Shown in pieces: positions 29,767 to 39,895 of a stretch of 64,000 bases of DNA. Within the stretch, counting starts at the first letter, position 1. Each line of letters begins with the position of its first letter. The notes under the pieces are model-generated. The model had not been told where the DNA came from, did no database searches, and was given only the letters and a program-made list of their open reading frames with translations. The position numbers and the translations under genes are program-made. The stretch is from Obrimoposthia wandeli (Eukaryota): contig CDROCS010002469.1 in NCBI GenBank assembly GCA_977020255.1, positions 310,001 through 374,000 of the forward strand, given 5' to 3'.

Positions 29767-30942
29767 TTATTCGCTTCGTCTTCTTAAAAAAGTTGGGATA
29801 TCGAACATATCTTCCGATGTTTTAACTTTATTTACTACTGGCTCAGCTTTACCGTCGAGTAACGCTTCTTGCTGCTGTCTTCGTAACACAGTGGGTAGTT
29901 CAATTTGATCCAAATCGGCATCATAGTGCTTTTTTGGTGCATTTTCGGTTTTACTCTTTTCCACAACGACTTCTAAGTTCTGTTGCTTTTTTTCAAACCC
30001 AGTCGCCACTACCGTCACTTTCAGATCATCGATAAGATCAGTATCTATGACCGTTCCTATGACAATAGTTGCATCGTTTGATGCGTATTTCTCAATTATA
30101 TTACCAACTTCACTAAACTCACCTAAAGTTAGATCTAAACCAGCGGTAATATTCACTAAAATACCACTCGCACCTTTTAAATCTACATTTTCAAGCAATG
30201 GGCTATTTATTGCACCTTCTGCTGCAATCGCCGCTCTATCATCACCGCGAGCTTGATCTGAACCCATCATTGCCATGCCCATTTCAGACATCACAGTGCG
30301 CACATCTGCAAAATCGACATTGATCATACCAGGGCGAGTAATTAGTTCTGCGATACCCCGCACGGCACCCAGTAACACATCATTTGCGGCAGCAAAAGCC
30401 TTGATTAAACTGGTACTTCTACCTAGCACTTTCATTAGCTTTTCATTGGGTATGATGATCAGCGAATCCACTTGATCTCGCAGTTCTTGCAGCCCTGCTT
30501 CGGCTAACAACATGCGTTTTTTTCCTTCAAACGGGAAAGGCGTTGTCACGACTGCAACCGTTAAGATACCTAAGCTTTTTGCTACTTCTGCAACAATAGG
30601 CGCTGCACCAGTACCTGTACCTCCTCCCATTCCAGCAGTGATAAAGATCATATCGGCACCGTCAATAGACGCCGCTATCGCATCGCGATCTTCGATTGCC
30701 GCTGCCCGACCTATATCCGGATCGGCACCTGCACCCAAACCTTTTGTGGTCTCACAACCTAGCTGTATGGTTTGATGTGCATTAATACTGCTTAAAGCTT
30801 GTGCATCTGTGTTTGCACAAATGAACTCGACAGACTCTAATTCAGCAACTAGCATGTGTGCGACGGCGTTACCTCCACCTCCACCCACACCAATCACTTT
30901 TATAATTGCTCCAGGCATATCATCGTCTTCTATACTAAACAT
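29767..30942 (-). CDS. ftsZ: Cell division GTPase FtsZ
   Basis: GVGGGGGNA, GGGTGTG signature, NVDFAD, C-terminal DIPTFLRR. ATG 30942 lies 5 nt after AGGAGG. Confidence 0.98.
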   Translation of the reverse strand: MFSIEDDDMPGAIIKVIGVGGGGGNAVAHMLVAELESVEFICANTDAQALSSINAHQTIQLGCETTKGLGAGADPDIGRAAAIEDRDAIAASIDGADMIFITAGMGGGTGTGAAPIVAEVAKSLGILTVAVVTTPFPFEGKKRMLLAEAGLQELRDQVDSLIIIPNEKLMKVLGRSTSLIKAFAAANDVLLGAVRGIAELITRPGMINVDFADVRTVMSEMGMAMMGSDQARGDDRAAIAAEGAINSPLLENVDLKGASGILVNITAGLDLTLGEFSEVGNIIEKYASNDATIVIGTVIDTDLIDDLKVTVVATGFEKKQQNLEVVVEKSKTENAPKKHYDADLDQIELPTVLRRQQQEALLDGKAEPVVNKVKTSEDMFDIPTFLRRRSE

Positions 30943-31041
30943 ATTCACCTCCTACCAAATGACTGCACTTTTACTGTAAACAATAATAACTCATCTACAG
31001 CTGCATTATTTTTTAAATTTTATCTAATCACAATTTGTTAC

Positions 31042-31905
31042 TTATTTAGTTTCTTGTGCTTGCATCGCCTCAAGCGCTTTTGCTCGCCATTTAACAGAGA
31101 CTCCATTGGTATAGCGAACATCAACACGCGCTATTTGATCCGCTTTCAAATGCAAATGACCTTGGTATAACTGCAAAAAACGTCTTAGTCTCGCTAGAAT
31201 TTTTTCTCGGCCCAGCTCTACTTCTATTTCATTATTTAAGAGTAACGTCCATGCTCCTCTATCTTGCAATGATAACCCTTGCATATAGCTATCACTTCCC
31301 TTAAAAAAACGGCTTAAAGTATGGTATTGATCCATCACTCTAGCAGTATCTGTTGATGGCCCATTCAATATTGGTAAAAAATCTAATTGATCGCGCTGTT
31401 GTGGCCAAAAGATGTCGCCTTGATGGTTCAACAATCCTTTTTTTCCCCATTTTGCGACTGGCACTTGCTCTTGAATATCTACTTTAAGCGCCGGTGGCCA
31501 AACACGCTTTATCGCTGCATTATTGATCCATGGCTCTTCTACTGTAAGCTGCTGTATTTCTTGGATATCCAAGGCTAACATTGAATCAATATTGCCAGAG
31601 GTACGCATTTGCGTGATTAGTTTTTCAATCAACATATCTTTGTCAATGTACTGCGTGTCTCCAGTAATACTCAACTTTTGTATCGGCTGATCAAGTATAC
31701 TCCACAAGGCAATAGCCGCGTTAAACATCAAACCGCAAAACAACGCAAATGCCGTTAATATCATTGCAGGACGCACGTACCAGTCATTCGCTAGGTTAGC
31801 AATCAAACCATGAGGCCCTTGCTCGTGATCAATAACCTTAATAGCCGCAGGCTTCTTCGTATCTTCTAAAACCGGTTCTATGTCTTGCTTACGCCATTGC
31901 AACAT
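31042..31905 (-). CDS. ftsQ: Cell division protein FtsQ
   Basis: Single TM, POTRA (PWINNAAIKRVWP), EQVPVAKW, VDVRYTNGVSVKW. Start refined to ATG 31905. Confidence 0.92.
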   Translation of the reverse strand: MLQWRKQDIEPVLEDTKKPAAIKVIDHEQGPHGLIANLANDWYVRPAMILTAFALFCGLMFNAAIALWSILDQPIQKLSITGDTQYIDKDMLIEKLITQMRTSGNIDSMLALDIQEIQQLTVEEPWINNAAIKRVWPPALKVDIQEQVPVAKWGKKGLLNHQGDIFWPQQRDQLDFLPILNGPSTDTARVMDQYHTLSRFFKGSDSYMQGLSLQDRGAWTLLLNNEIEVELGREKILARLRRFLQLYQGHLHLKADQIARVDVRYTNGVSVKWRAKALEAMQAQETK

Positions 31906-32002
31906 TGTTACCTTTTGTTCTCCTGACTTATATTCATTTACTACTGCCTTGAAAATACAACTTTTGACTTTACTTAAAGGTACTAGTGAACTTGGTTGTA
32001 TA

Positions 32003-33457
32003 TTAATCTTGCTTAGAGTAATCCAGTTCACTGAGTGTATGAGCCAAGGCTGTGATATCCCCTGCCCCCTGAGTAAGCAAAATGTCTCCTGCACGTAATA
32101 TATTCTTTAATAGACTGGGGACTACTTCAACACTATCAACAAATACGGGTTCAAGCTGCCCTCGCTGCCTTATGCTGCGACACAAACTGCGACTATCAGC
32201 GCTGGGTATAGGGTCCTCACCTGCTGCATAGACTTCTAAAAGCAGTAAAGAATCAACATCCGAAAGCACTTGCACATAATCTTCATATAAATCGCGCGTT
32301 CGTGTATACCTATGCGGTTGGTTAATCATCACTATACGTCTACCTGGCCAGCCATTTCTAACCGCTTCAATCGTCACTTGTATTTCTCGTGGATGGTGAC
32401 CATAGTCATCAACCAGCATCACTGAACCATCTTTAACTGGCAATTCACAAAGTACTTGGAAACGTCTACCTACCCCTGAAAACGCCTCTAATGCATTAGT
32501 AATTGCGCTATCATCTATTCCTTCATCCGTCGCCACCGCTATACTTGCTAGCGCGTTTAAAACATTGTGATTGCCCGGCATATTAACGGTGACCTGTAAA
32601 TCATCATGTTGTTCAGGGCGCACCACTGTAAAATGCGTTTTCATACCTTTTTGACTAATGTTAATTGCTCGATAATCAGCACCTTCCTCTAAACCGTAGG
32701 TAAGCACTGGGCGATTAATTCTATCGCGTATTTCGCGAACAACTGAATCATCAGTACAAAGTACTGCTAAGCCATAAAATGGTAGGTTATGTAAAAAATC
32801 TACAAAAGTTTGCTTAAGTACATTGAAGTCACCGCCATAAGTATCCATGTGGTCTGTATCAATATTTGTGACAATGGCTACCATGGGTTGTAAATGTAAG
32901 AAAGAAGCATCACTTTCATCCGCCTCCGCTATTAGATACCGGCTTGCGCCTAATCTTGCATTAGTACCAGCGCTATTTAAACGCCCTCCAATGACAAAAG
33001 TAGGATCTAACCCTCCTTGTGCAAACACAGATGCAAGCAAACTCGTGGTGGTCGTTTTACCATGTGTTCCTGCAACAGCAACACCATGGCGATAACGCAT
33101 CAACTCCGCTAACATTTCAGCACGGCGCACTATCGGTGTATGTGCAACGCGCGCTGCAATAATTTCAGGATTTGTTTCATCAACAGCGGTTGATGTAACA
33201 ACAACATCAACATTTACTACATTTGTTTGCTGATGACCAATATAAACTTTCACCCCTAATTTTTCTAAGCGCTGAGTCGTCGCCGATTTTTTAATATCAG
33301 ATCCAGATATCTTATAGCCTTGATTACACAACACTTCAGCTATACCACACATACCCACGCCGCCAATACCGACAAAATGAATACGTTTAATTCTACGCAT
33401 TTCCGGTACATCATAATTTGCTTCTGCCAGCGTAGGTGCTTTACTTATCTTGTTCAT
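32003..33457 (-). CDS. murC: UDP-N-acetylmuramate--L-alanine ligase
   Basis: [33 protein letters not shown]. Confidence 0.97.
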   Translation of the reverse strand: MNKISKAPTLAEANYDVPEMRRIKRIHFVGIGGVGMCGIAEVLCNQGYKISGSDIKKSATTQRLEKLGVKVYIGHQQTNVVNVDVVVTSTAVDETNPEIIAARVAHTPIVRRAEMLAELMRYRHGVAVAGTHGKTTTTSLLASVFAQGGLDPTFVIGGRLNSAGTNARLGASRYLIAEADESDASFLHLQPMVAIVTNIDTDHMDTYGGDFNVLKQTFVDFLHNLPFYGLAVLCTDDSVVREIRDRINRPVLTYGLEEGADYRAINISQKGMKTHFTVVRPEQHDDLQVTVNMPGNHNVLNALASIAVATDEGIDDSAITNALEAFSGVGRRFQVLCELPVKDGSVMLVDDYGHHPREIQVTIEAVRNGWPGRRIVMINQPHRYTRTRDLYEDYVQVLSDVDSLLLLEVYAAGEDPIPSADSRSLCRSIRQRGQLEPVFVDSVEVVPSLLKNILRAGDILLTQGAGDITALAHTLSELDYSKQD

Positions 33458-34551
33458 AACATTTCCTTAAGACAGATGTTGGCGACCGTTGTCGATGCTT
33501 TTGGCAAGGCCACCTGCTGAGCTTTAGCTGCCATCTGTGAAAGCAGTTGCCTATCTTTTAACTGATCCAGTAATTGACTTAATTTTTGGATACCTAAATC
33601 CGTTTGCTGCACCAAAATTGCCGCACCGGCTTGTTCTAAAAATTTTCCATTTGCCGTTTGATGATCATCTACAGCCGCTGGAAAAGGTACTAATATTGAC
33701 GCGACTCCAGCAATAGCTAACTCAGACACTGTTAATGCCCCTGCACGGCAAATAACTAAGTCTGCCCAGGCATAAGCACTATGCATGTCCTCTATGAAAG
33801 CATCTATTCGAGCCTCTACTTGCGTATCTTTATAATGTTGCACAGTTTCATCTATATTTCTGATACCTGCTTGGTGCCATACGTTAGGTCGATCCTGGAC
33901 ATCGATTGTCGCTAGTGTATCTGGCACTACTTTATTAATGGCCATCGCACCTAAACTGCCCCCCACTACTAATACATTTAATTTACCAGTTCGCTGTGCA
34001 TACCTTTCACCACTGGCTTTCATATTTAAAATAGCACCGCGGATTGGGTTACCGACTACTTCTATGTTATTTTCACTATCACTGCCAAAAGCCCCTGGAA
34101 ACGCCGCTAATTTGCGCTTCGCCATTTTCAGCGATAGTTTATTAGTCATGCCTGCTTTCGCATTTTGTTCGTGAATGATCAAAGGCACGCCACTTAGTTT
34201 GGCAGCAACAGCACCTGGCCCTGATGCAAACCCTCCCATGCCCAACACTACATCTGGTTGCACATAATCAAATACTTTTTTAGCCTGCCAAATCGCCTTT
34301 AAAATTAGCCACGGTGCTTTTAATAAGCTTAACTTTCCTTTTCCACGTATGCCTTTCACAGCAATACAGTGCAATTTAATCTCCGCAGCAGGCACAACTC
34401 TTGCCTCAATACCTGCAGCTGTGCCTAACCAGTGAACGGTTACATTGTGTTCACGTAATAAATCAGCAACCGCTAGAGCAGGAAATACATGCCCACCCGT
34501 ACCGCCCGCCATAATCAGCGCTTTTTTATGTAAAGGTTGCTCAGCGCTCAT
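33454..34551 (-). CDS. murG: Lipid II GlcNAc transferase
   Basis: [35 protein letters not shown]. Confidence 0.97.
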   Translation of the reverse strand: MSAEQPLHKKALIMAGGTGGHVFPALAVADLLREHNVTVHWLGTAAGIEARVVPAAEIKLHCIAVKGIRGKGKLSLLKAPWLILKAIWQAKKVFDYVQPDVVLGMGGFASGPGAVAAKLSGVPLIIHEQNAKAGMTNKLSLKMAKRKLAAFPGAFGSDSENNIEVVGNPIRGAILNMKASGERYAQRTGKLNVLVVGGSLGAMAINKVVPDTLATIDVQDRPNVWHQAGIRNIDETVQHYKDTQVEARIDAFIEDMHSAYAWADLVICRAGALTVSELAIAGVASILVPFPAAVDDHQTANGKFLEQAGAAILVQQTDLGIQKLSQLLDQLKDRQLLSQMAAKAQQVALPKASTTVANICLKEML

Positions 34552-36062
34552 ATCGATTCTCTATTAATTTTTCGTTTTGCTTTAGCTTGATCAAATGTTT
34601 TACTCTGTTTTCTAGTGTTGTTTGGGCTAGCATTTTGCTGCACTTGTATACGCTCTTGTGCTGTTTCTTCCCGAAACTGTGATATATCTTGCGTTTCTTT
34701 ACTTTGTCTTTTGTTCTCTGCTTTTACTTTATTTCTTCGCGGCTTTTTTGCAGAGCTGTCGTTTTCAAAATCTTCATTTTTATGAGCATCTAATGAGCTT
34801 TCTTGTTCAATATTCACTTCAATTTGTGCTAGCAAATACTTGGCGCCAATAGATTCACTAACTAAAAAATCACCGCCTTCTCCCACTTTAAGCCGCTGCA
34901 GCTTCAGTTCGTAATCTATGCGCAAAATAACGGCAATCATTGCGGCACAAACAATCAAACTGCTACCACCATAGCTAAGTAACGGCAGTGTTAAACCTTT
35001 AGTTGGCACTGCGCCAACGTTAACCCCAATATTAATTAAAATTTGGGCTGATAGCACAAGCGCGAAACCATAAGTCACGAACGCCATGAAAAATTGTTGC
35101 TGCTTCTCTGCTTGCCTTCCAATACGAAAAACGCGAAAGACTAAAATGGTATAAAGTAGAACAATTGTGATCGCTCCCAACAATCCCAATTCTTCGGAAA
35201 GTACAGAATAAACGAAGTCAGTATGCGCTTCAGGTAAATAAAATAATTTCTGAACACTGTTACCTAACCCTGTTCCGAACCACTCTCCTCTACCAAAGGC
35301 AATCTGTGCTTGGGACAATTGATAACCACTGCCAAAAGGATCAGCCCATGGATCTTGAAACGACTTAAGTCTCGCTACACGATAAGGCTGAATCACCGCC
35401 AATGATCCAACGGTGACTAATGCACCGGTTAATATCACCAAAAACTGACTAAAGCGCATACCGCTTAAAAATATCATTCCCATAACAGACGCCATTAACA
35501 CCACCGCGGCGCCATAATCAGGTTCCATTATTAATAAAAACACAAAAAAACCTAATGGTAATATTGGCCTAACGACACCTTTCCAACTATTTCTAACATC
35601 GGTTAATCGCCTAACTAAATAGCCACCTAAATACATGATCATGCAAAATTTAGCCACTTCTGAAGCCTGTAAATTGAGCATACCCGCTCTAATCCAGCGT
35701 TGAGATCCGTTCACCTCTTTACCTATACCTGGCACTAACACCAGCACTAACAACAACATTCCCAACGCTAGTAACCAAGGGCCTGCGCTATACCAACGCT
35801 TTATAGGTACTTTCCAAACAATTGATCCACCTACAATTGCCACCACAATGAACATTCCATGGCGCATTGAAAAGAAAAAAGCGTTGTTAAAGTTTTTTGC
35901 GGCCACATCTAATGACGCCGAGGTAATCATCACAAAACCCGTCAACATAATGAACAAAGCGCTGATCAGTAACAATGCATCAAAGGGAAGCTTACCTTGA
36001 GGAATAGTAAACCAACGCTCAATAACACTTTGATCTGTTAACCACTTAGGCTCATTCAACAT
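34548..36062 (-). CDS. ftsW: SEDS peptidoglycan polymerase FtsW with long C-terminal extension
   Basis: NGSQRWI, QASE, EPDYG, GYQLSQ, LPEAHTDF, GLTLPLLSYGGSS. The family core ends at LRIDYE and is followed by 118 hydrophilic residues. Confidence 0.96.
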   Translation of the reverse strand: MLNEPKWLTDQSVIERWFTIPQGKLPFDALLLISALFIMLTGFVMITSASLDVAAKNFNNAFFFSMRHGMFIVVAIVGGSIVWKVPIKRWYSAGPWLLALGMLLLVLVLVPGIGKEVNGSQRWIRAGMLNLQASEVAKFCMIMYLGGYLVRRLTDVRNSWKGVVRPILPLGFFVFLLIMEPDYGAAVVLMASVMGMIFLSGMRFSQFLVILTGALVTVGSLAVIQPYRVARLKSFQDPWADPFGSGYQLSQAQIAFGRGEWFGTGLGNSVQKLFYLPEAHTDFVYSVLSEELGLLGAITIVLLYTILVFRVFRIGRQAEKQQQFFMAFVTYGFALVLSAQILINIGVNVGAVPTKGLTLPLLSYGGSSLIVCAAMIAVILRIDYELKLQRLKVGEGGDFLVSESIGAKYLLAQIEVNIEQESSLDAHKNEDFENDSSAKKPRRNKVKAENKRQSKETQDISQFREETAQERIQVQQNASPNNTRKQSKTFDQAKAKRKINRESI

Positions 36063-36067
36063 AGTAT

Positions 36068-37432
36068 TTAAAGCTCACTAGCAGCAGCAGTGAAAACTTC
36101 GCCACGTTGTTCATAATTATCAAACATATCAAAACTGGCACAGGCAGGTGATAAAAGCACCACTTCTCCAGCATTTGCAATTGCAGCGCTTTGTTGTACT
36201 GCTTCTTGCATGCTCGCTACAAAAAAAGTTGGAGTTTGAGGTGCAATCTTCGCTATCTTTTTAGCATCAGTACCTATTAACACAAGTGCTTTCACGTATT
36301 TTGATATTGGTTGCGCTAAATCATTAAAACTAGCACCTTTTCCATCGCCGCCCGCAATTAATACTATTTTTTTATCTTGTGTTAAAGTAGCCCCAAGGCC
36401 TTCTAATGCCGCCACCGTCGCTCCTACATTAGTACCTTTTGAATCATTAAAGTAAGCTACTTCGTTTTTATGTACCACTAATTGGCAACGATGCTCTAAA
36501 CCTTTAAAATCAGCGATAGCTTTTAGCATTGCCTGCATGTCAAGTCCTGCAGAGTATCCTATCGCTAACGCAGCTAGCGCATTCTCAGTGTTGTGTCGGC
36601 CAGGAATGGTTATTGCATCTGTAGCCATCAGCGGCTTTTTCGCTAACGCCAAATATTCTTTTTCTCCACCTTCTAGCTGAATGGTCATTAAGCCAAAAAT
36701 TTTAAAATCAGACACTCCCAAACGATACCCTACAACACCGACATCTTTAGGCGTTAACGGATGAGTTAGGGCATCACCTAAATTTTCGACAACGTTTTTA
36801 CAGCCGCGAAAAATACGGTGCTTTGCCTGATAGTACTTTTGAAAATCATTATCATATCTATCTAAATGATCAGGGGTAATATTGAGAATAGTCGCTACAT
36901 TCGCTCGTAAATCATGTGTGGTCTCTAGCTGAAAACTTGACAGTTCCAATACATATAAATCTTTTTCAGGCTGGTCCAAAAAATCGAGTACTGGTGTACC
37001 GATATTTCCACCTACGCCCACACTCATGCCACTGGCCAACGCCATTTCACCGACTAAAGTCGTTACTGTGGTTTTGGCGTTAGAACCTGTAATCGCAATA
37101 ATAGGAGCGCTTACTTCTCTACAAAAGAGATCTATATCACCAATTAATACAGCGCCATGGCGTTGGGCAAATATAATATTAGTATCTTTTATGTCAATGC
37201 CTGGACTAACAATTATCTCACTCGCTCTTGCAAGTAGTTCTCTATTTAAGGGCCCTAAAACGACTTTAACATCAGGATACTCACTTCTAAATCGCGCCAA
37301 GTTGGAAGGATTATTCCTAGTATCCATCATTACAAAATGCTCACCATTTCTTGTGAGCAATTTGGCACACGACATTCCGGTAACTCCCATGCCGATTATG
37401 ATTTTCAATTGATCACTAGCGATTAAATTCAT
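36068..37432 (-). CDS. murD: UDP-MurNAc-L-Ala--D-Glu ligase
   Basis: ITGSNAKTTVT, LELSSFQLE, DHLDRY, NDSKGTN, LSPACASFD. Confidence 0.97.
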   Translation of the reverse strand: MNLIASDQLKIIIGMGVTGMSCAKLLTRNGEHFVMMDTRNNPSNLARFRSEYPDVKVVLGPLNRELLARASEIIVSPGIDIKDTNIIFAQRHGAVLIGDIDLFCREVSAPIIAITGSNAKTTVTTLVGEMALASGMSVGVGGNIGTPVLDFLDQPEKDLYVLELSSFQLETTHDLRANVATILNITPDHLDRYDNDFQKYYQAKHRIFRGCKNVVENLGDALTHPLTPKDVGVVGYRLGVSDFKIFGLMTIQLEGGEKEYLALAKKPLMATDAITIPGRHNTENALAALAIGYSAGLDMQAMLKAIADFKGLEHRCQLVVHKNEVAYFNDSKGTNVGATVAALEGLGATLTQDKKIVLIAGGDGKGASFNDLAQPISKYVKALVLIGTDAKKIAKIAPQTPTFFVASMQEAVQQSAAIANAGEVVLLSPACASFDMFDNYEQRGEVFTAAASEL

Positions 37433-37439
37433 AACTAAC

Positions 37440-38522
37440 TCAACGAATTTTCAAGGTAGCAAGACCGATCAATACCAGTACCACGGTAATAATCCAAAAA
37501 CGCACAATAATACGGGGCTCAGGCCAGCCTTTAAGTTCAAAGTGATGATGAATGGGTGCCATTCTAAAGATACGTTTACCTGTTAATTTATAAGAGCCAA
37601 CTTGCAGCACAACAGATAAAGTTTCCATTACAAATACCCCCCCCATAATGACTAGCACTAACTCTTGGCGTACGATAACAGCAACAACTCCTAATGCAGC
37701 ACCTAGCGATAACGCACCAACATCTCCCATAAATACTTGTGCAGGATAAGTGTTAAACCAAAGAAAGCCTAAACCTGCGCCAACAATGGATCCACAAAAA
37801 ATAATCATTTCGCCAGAGCCATTTATATAGGGAATATTCAAATAACTCGCAAACTCAACATGACCACTTAAATACGCAAACACACCCAAGCCCGCAGCAA
37901 CCATAACGGTTGGCATAATAGCTAGGCCGTCTAACCCATCTGTTAAATTGACTGCATTGGAAGTACCTACAATCACAAAGTAGGTAAATACAATAAAGAA
38001 CAAACCCATGTTAATCGCGATATCTTTAAAAAACGGCACTATTAATTGCGTCTCTACTGGTGATTGAGCTGTTGAGTACAAAACAATAGCAGCACCAAAG
38101 CCCCCGATAGACTGCCAAAAGTACTTCCAACGCGCAGGCAAGCCTACTGAGTTTTTTTCAACAACTTTACGCCAATCATCTACCCAACCTACGCCACCAA
38201 AAATAAAAGTGACGCCTAGCACTATCCATACATAACGAGAGCTTAAATCAGCCCATAATAAAGTACTTATGCCAATTGACAGTAAAATAACTGCACCACC
38301 CATGGTGGGTGTACCCGCCTTAGACAAATGGGATTGAGGACCATCGTTACGAATAGACTGCCCTATTTGCTTTTCCTTTAAGAAACGAATCATCTTAGGC
38401 CCTAAATAGAGCGAGAGTACTAAAGCGGTAATAACTCCCATGATTCCTCGTAAGGTGAGATACTGTAGAACAGCAACGCCATTTAAGTATTGAGAGAAAA
38501 ATTCAGACATTAATAATAGCAT
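37440..38522 (-). CDS. mraY: Phospho-MurNAc-pentapeptide transferase
   Basis: [36 protein letters not shown]. Confidence 0.97.
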   Translation of the reverse strand: MLLLMSEFFSQYLNGVAVLQYLTLRGIMGVITALVLSLYLGPKMIRFLKEKQIGQSIRNDGPQSHLSKAGTPTMGGAVILLSIGISTLLWADLSSRYVWIVLGVTFIFGGVGWVDDWRKVVEKNSVGLPARWKYFWQSIGGFGAAIVLYSTAQSPVETQLIVPFFKDIAINMGLFFIVFTYFVIVGTSNAVNLTDGLDGLAIMPTVMVAAGLGVFAYLSGHVEFASYLNIPYINGSGEMIIFCGSIVGAGLGFLWFNTYPAQVFMGDVGALSLGAALGVVAVIVRQELVLVIMGGVFVMETLSVVLQVGSYKLTGKRIFRMAPIHHHFELKGWPEPRIIVRFWIITVVLVLIGLATLKIR

Positions 38523-39895
38523 TAGCGAGAAACCTCTTGTGTTAATTCAGTGACCACTTGCTTCATCCCGGCACTCAAGGAGCCCTTTACTAATACTTTG
38601 GTATTTCTATTCATCATTGTTTTAAGTTTTTCAATCATTTGATCTTTATTCATAAAATCACAACTATCAGTTGCTGTTATTTTCGCAAATTCACGCGCTG
38701 CGAATGCACCTTTGGGACCACAACTGAAAACATAATCAATGTTTTTTGCTGCGGCATACGTTCCTATACCTGTATGCATTTGTAGTTCATCAACACCAAG
38801 TTCAGCCATATCACCCAGTGCTAAAATTTTTTGCCCGGGTAATTGTGCTAATAAATCTAAACCAGCTTTTACTGAATCCGGATTCCCATTGTAACTATCA
38901 TCAATTACAGTGGCATTATTCAAACCTACTAAGGCTTTTAAACGACCACCTATGGCTGTAGCATTTTGTAAACCTGTTACAACGTCTTGTATGCTAAAGC
39001 CTATTGCAAATGCGCTAGCAGCAGCGGCTAAAGCGTTTTGTACATTATGTAATGCTAGTAACTGCAATTTCACCAGACTACTTTGTGATTTAAAATGCAG
39101 CCTGAACTGATAACTACCGCCAGATAATTGTTTAAGATCACTGGCGTACACATCTGCTTTGGTATTTTGTAAACTAAAGGTTAAGCAATTTTTATCAACG
39201 ATTAATTTTTGCCACTGCCCAACATTAGCATCATCTAAATTCAAAATAGCAGTGCCTTGCTCAGATAATCCTTGAAAGATTTCTCCTTTCGCTTTCACCA
39301 CTCCTTGTAGACTGCCAAAGCCCTCTAAATGCGCCCCCATGGCGTTGGTAATAATAGCGACATCCGGTTGTGCCAGTGCAGTGCAATAAGCAATTTCGCC
39401 TTCTGCATTTGCTCCCATTTCTACGACACAGTATTGCTGTTTGCCATTTAAACGCAGCAGTGTTTGCGGTACACCAATTTCATTATTTAAGTTACCAAGG
39501 GTCGCTAGAGCGGCCCCTTTAACTGTTAATATTGATGCAATAATTTCTTTAGTGGTTGTTTTTCCATTACTTCCGGTAACACCAATTAATGGCCCTTGAT
39601 AAAAGTTTCGATTTATTCGCCCGATATCACCCAGCGCTATATGACAATTTGGTACGATTAATTGAGGAACATCTAACGCTAACACTCTTTCGACTATTAA
39701 TGCGGCTGCACCATTATTAACTGCTTGTTGGCAAAAATCATGACCGTCAAAGTTTTCACCTTGTAATGCAAGAAAGACATCACCCGCTGCTACTTTGCGC
39801 GTGTCTGTTGATATTTGATCAAATTGACAATCACCGTTCTGCAACTTACCGCCTATTGTCAAAGCTATTTCTGATAGCTGCATAACATAACTCAT
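38522..39895 (-). CDS. murF: UDP-MurNAc-tripeptide--D-Ala-D-Ala ligase
   Basis: [37 protein letters not shown]. Confidence 0.96.
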   Translation of the reverse strand: MSYVMQLSEIALTIGGKLQNGDCQFDQISTDTRKVAAGDVFLALQGENFDGHDFCQQAVNNGAAALIVERVLALDVPQLIVPNCHIALGDIGRINRNFYQGPLIGVTGSNGKTTTKEIIASILTVKGAALATLGNLNNEIGVPQTLLRLNGKQQYCVVEMGANAEGEIAYCTALAQPDVAIITNAMGAHLEGFGSLQGVVKAKGEIFQGLSEQGTAILNLDDANVGQWQKLIVDKNCLTFSLQNTKADVYASDLKQLSGGSYQFRLHFKSQSSLVKLQLLALHNVQNALAAAASAFAIGFSIQDVVTGLQNATAIGGRLKALVGLNNATVIDDSYNGNPDSVKAGLDLLAQLPGQKILALGDMAELGVDELQMHTGIGTYAAAKNIDYVFSCGPKGAFAAREFAKITATDSCDFMNKDQMIEKLKTMMNRNTKVLVKGSLSAGMKQVVTELTQEVSR

